Source of the DNA: Treponema sp.
Lineage (GTDB): Bacteria > Spirochaetota > Spirochaetia > Treponematales > Breznakiellaceae
Assembly: GCA_009787835.1 (NCBI GenBank)
Contig: WQSN01000008.1
Span: 2,308-66,307 of the forward strand
DNA: 64,000 bases
Reading direction: 5' to 3'
A model generated the notes under the pieces. The model ran no database searches and was not told the origin of the DNA. It saw only the letters and a program-made list of their open reading frames with translations. Positions 61,062 through 64,000 of the stretch are shown in pieces. The position numbers and the translations under genes were made by a program. Positions within the stretch are counted from its first letter, which is position 1. Every line of letters starts with the position of its first letter.

Positions 61062-62531
61062 ATGGCAGAAACTGAACAAACCGGTAATTATGTTGAAGTT
61101 CTGGAAAAAACCCTTAATGAGCGGGGGGACTGGATTGAAAAGGAAGAGCTGGGAAATCTCAAGGATGAGCTTAGGACTTTTCAATCTTCATACGCCTCCC
61201 TGTACAATATCTTTTTAAAGAAAAAATTACTCAATGAAGATCCATATAAACAGGAAACAAAAATAAGTGAATTGGTAGTGCCGGATTCCAGCGGTTTTAA
61301 TGAAGCCAAAAAATTGGAACAGCTTTCCATCAGGCTGTCCAATTATGACAGTCAACTGGACTTTCTTGTAAATTTTTACCAATTGGGCGTGGATTACCTG
61401 AATCTGGACAGGATAAAACGAATTGTCGGGCTGGTGCGTTATGTAGACTGGACAAGTCTGACCCCGGATTCTACAAATATTATGACTGGACCTGTGGCGC
61501 AGTTATCAATAAATTCAAAGGCTGGCGTAGACGCTATTACCTTAAGCGTTATTGGCGAGAGTCTTTCAAAGTTGTCCAAATTAACTGCGCCGATAATGAC
61601 CATCTTAAAGAATTTAAATATTTACTACAGGGAATCCTATAAACTGGGAATTCGCCAGAAAGTAACTCAGTCCATGTCCGCTAACGAAGCTACTCTGGAA
61701 AATATCAGGAAAAAAGTAAGTTCCGCGATGCCCGGATCGCCTTTTTATAAAGAATTGATTGATGAGATTATCAAAGAGGATTATTCATCAAGCGGCAGTG
61801 ATCTTAGGGAAGCGATAATTAATACATTGAAAGTGCCGCAAGCCAAAGCAAAAGCGGTAAAACCTCAGGTAAATTTTAAAAATATTCTTCTTGACGGTAT
61901 TCAGGTAATTGGCGGCGCGGGCGCTATACTTAATGAAATTGGCGCAAAGCTTGATGAAAACGAATCTGTTCTGCAAAACCGCAAAAAAAACTTAATGGAA
62001 AAGATAAAGGAACTAATTAGGCAAATTACAAACGCGCCGCCGGAAGAGGTGGTCTACATTATTGAGTTTATAGACGCTTCCAAAGGTTTACCGGCAAAAG
62101 AAAAGGTGCAGTTTCATCAACTGCGCGATGAAATGAATAAAAAAGCGAAAATTTTATGCAGCTTTGTCCGCGGACCCGCTTATCAGAAACTGTCAGCCAT
62201 GACAGAAGAACAGATAATCAGTTACCTTGAAAGAAATATCAAGGATGTCCAGAGTTATCATAAAACTTTAAATGCTTTGGATGATTATTTTAAGGCGAAT
62301 GTGGTTCCGGAAGATAAAGATAAAATAAAAGGTATAAAGCCTGAATTATCCGCCATGAAGAATTCATTTGTAAAAGCAAATCAACTGCGTTACGAATACA
62401 GCGCTCAGAAAGAAGAAGATGAACAATTTAAACGTCTTGGTGTCAGTCCAATCTCAACGGATAATCCTGTACCGCTGCCTGCGGATAATAAAACGCCCGC
62501 GCCTCCTCCTGCCGGCGCGCCTGCCAAGTAA
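61062..62531 (+). CDS. Hypothetical cytoplasmic helical protein
   Basis: 489-aa ORF, charged and helical, Pro-rich tail; no motif recognised. Confidence 0.75.
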   Translation: MAETEQTGNYVEVLEKTLNERGDWIEKEELGNLKDELRTFQSSYASLYNIFLKKKLLNEDPYKQETKISELVVPDSSGFNEAKKLEQLSIRLSNYDSQLDFLVNFYQLGVDYLNLDRIKRIVGLVRYVDWTSLTPDSTNIMTGPVAQLSINSKAGVDAITLSVIGESLSKLSKLTAPIMTILKNLNIYYRESYKLGIRQKVTQSMSANEATLENIRKKVSSAMPGSPFYKELIDEIIKEDYSSSGSDLREAIINTLKVPQAKAKAVKPQVNFKNILLDGIQVIGGAGAILNEIGAKLDENESVLQNRKKNLMEKIKELIRQITNAPPEEVVYIIEFIDASKGLPAKEKVQFHQLRDEMNKKAKILCSFVRGPAYQKLSAMTEEQIISYLERNIKDVQSYHKTLNALDDYFKANVVPEDKDKIKGIKPELSAMKNSFVKANQLRYEYSAQKEEDEQFKRLGVSPISTDNPVPLPADNKTPAPPPAGAPAK

Positions 62532-62548
62532 CGCCGGTAAACAAAACA

Positions 62549-63559
62549 CTAATTCATTAATGAGCGCGGGTTTACAACAACTCCGTTTTTATAAACTGTA
62601 AAATGAAGATGGGGTCCGGTACTAAGGCCGGTACTGCCAACATCGCCTATCCTCTCTCCTGTGCCGACATAAGCGCCTGATCTTACACGTACAACGCTCA
62701 TGTGGCCGTAAAGTGTGCTGTAGCCTGAGTGGTGGTTTATTATTACGAAATTACCCATGGTATTATCAAATCCAACCCTGCTGACACGGCCTGACATGGC
62801 GGCTCTTATAGGCGTACCTGTGCTCCCTCTTATATCAATGCCGGAATGGAATTCTGTGCGGCTGTCATTAAATGGGCTTCTCCTGTAACCGAATGGAGAG
62901 GTTACAGCGCCTGATACCGGCCATATAAACAAGTCGCCGTTTATTTCCTGAATGCTTACCCAATCCAGTTTTGCTCCGGGGATAAACAGGTCTGTTCCGG
63001 CTGTGATTTTTTCTGAAAAAAGCTCATTTGCAACCTGAATTGCCTGTGTGTCGGCGTTATATTTATCCGCAATTGATGAAAGGGTATCGTTGTTTTTAAC
63101 TGCGTGCAGAATACCGTCCTGATTGGGAATTTTTAATATTTTTCCAATTTGAAGAAGACGGGTATTTGTAATTTTATTGGTTGATATTAGCGTATCCTGA
63201 TTCAAACCGAAATTGATGGCAAGCTGGCTTATATTATCGCCTCTTTGAACCAAATAAGTATCGTAGAGCAGAACTCTTGTCTTAAAAAAAGATTCCTGTT
63301 CATGTGCTATGGATTCAAGAGCGGCGGATGCTAAAACAACTCCCTCCATTTCGCTTTTCCCGTTATCCAGTCCGGAAATTAGTTCATTTATTATTACTTC
63401 TTCTGTGTACCGGCCAAGGTTTCCGCCTCCGATACCATGTTCAGCGATTTGTATTTCCTGCGGTTTTTTTGTAAAACCCGGCATAAAAACAAATAACAGA
63501 CATAAGACCGCTGTTAGGCGAAAGATGTTTTTCCGGTTTTCATTGATGTAGAACAACAT
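62549..63559 (-). CDS. LysM-M23 peptidoglycan endopeptidase
   Basis: Two LysM repeats (YLVQRGDN, HAVKNNDTL); HSGID, YGH, TGPHLHF. Confidence 0.95.
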   Translation of the reverse strand: MLFYINENRKNIFRLTAVLCLLFVFMPGFTKKPQEIQIAEHGIGGGNLGRYTEEVIINELISGLDNGKSEMEGVVLASAALESIAHEQESFFKTRVLLYDTYLVQRGDNISQLAINFGLNQDTLISTNKITNTRLLQIGKILKIPNQDGILHAVKNNDTLSSIADKYNADTQAIQVANELFSEKITAGTDLFIPGAKLDWVSIQEINGDLFIWPVSGAVTSPFGYRRSPFNDSRTEFHSGIDIRGSTGTPIRAAMSGRVSRVGFDNTMGNFVIINHHSGYSTLYGHMSVVRVRSGAYVGTGERIGDVGSTGLSTGPHLHFTVYKNGVVVNPRSLMN

Positions 63560-63582
63560 AAAATTATATTACCATAGTGTTG

Positions 63583-64000
63583 TTAATCTGGCAACGAATT
63601 ATCAACTTCATTTTCCAGTTTTCTTATCAAATCCCTGATTTCGGCAGCCTGTTCATATTCTTCTTCCGCAACAGCCTGATCCAATTGTTCCCTTAAGTGC
63701 CTGTATTTATCATCGGCATTTTCTTCCGGAGGATTTATAAAGAAATCCATAGGAATCCCCGTTTCCTCCAAAACAGAAGCGGAGATAAATATAGGGTACT
63801 TCTTGCGTTCCGCTATAGCAAACGCGTCGGAAGGCCGGCAGTCAAGGACAAGAGGTTTACCGATTGAATATTCACCGCCGACAATTATCATGCGGGCGTG
63901 AAATGTATCATCTTTTAATTCATGCACTTCTATTCTTTTAATTGACAGATTAACATGCTTTAACATGTTCAGGAATAAATCATGCGTCATTGGCCGGGAA
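63583..64000 (-). CDS. Bifunctional nuclease (DUF151) with C-terminal UVR domain, 5' end outside the window
   Basis: RPMTHDL, D.RPSDA.AIA, EEYEQAAEIRD. Confidence 0.88.
   Translation of the reverse strand, partial: SRPMTHDLFLNMLKHVNLSIKRIEVHELKDDTFHARMIIVGGEYSIGKPLVLDCRPSDAFAIAERKKYPIFISASVLEETGIPMDFFINPPEENADDKYRHLREQLDQAVAEEEYEQAAEIRDLIRKLENEVDNSLPD

Overview
Gene-dense bacterial chromosome segment, most likely from a Treponema-like spirochaete of the termite-gut type. This is inferred from the archaeal-type pyrH, the cysS-ECF sigma-anti-sigma cluster, the spirochaete-style lipoproteins and solute-binding proteins, and the AroD-AroE fusion. 1-5 kb: oppABCDF. 5-30 kb: a large L-arabinose/arabino-oligosaccharide island with araBAD, an SBP-histidine kinase-YesN three-component sensor, a YtfQRT/YjfF-like ABC transporter, a LacI repressor with a perfect operator, an oligosaccharide ABC transporter, GH51, a PfkB kinase and a divergent GH65. 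30-64 kb: housekeeping genes (pyrH, cysS, split transketolase, citrate synthase, acyl-CoA synthetase, rpiA, aroDE) mixed with accessory genes. The most unusual items are: (i) a tightly linked T4 Rnl1-type RNA ligase plus RNase H-fold nuclease pair; (ii) two ~110-bp nested-palindrome elements with compensatory base changes, plus a second family of small palindromic repeats; (iii) an EXPERA (EBP/TMEM97-like) plus HlyIII/PAQR membrane pair; (iv) a lipoprotein-lipoprotein-OM barrel-FecR operon with repeat domains. I recognised no rRNA, tRNA, CRISPR array or transposase. All calls come from motif reading by eye, without database searches.
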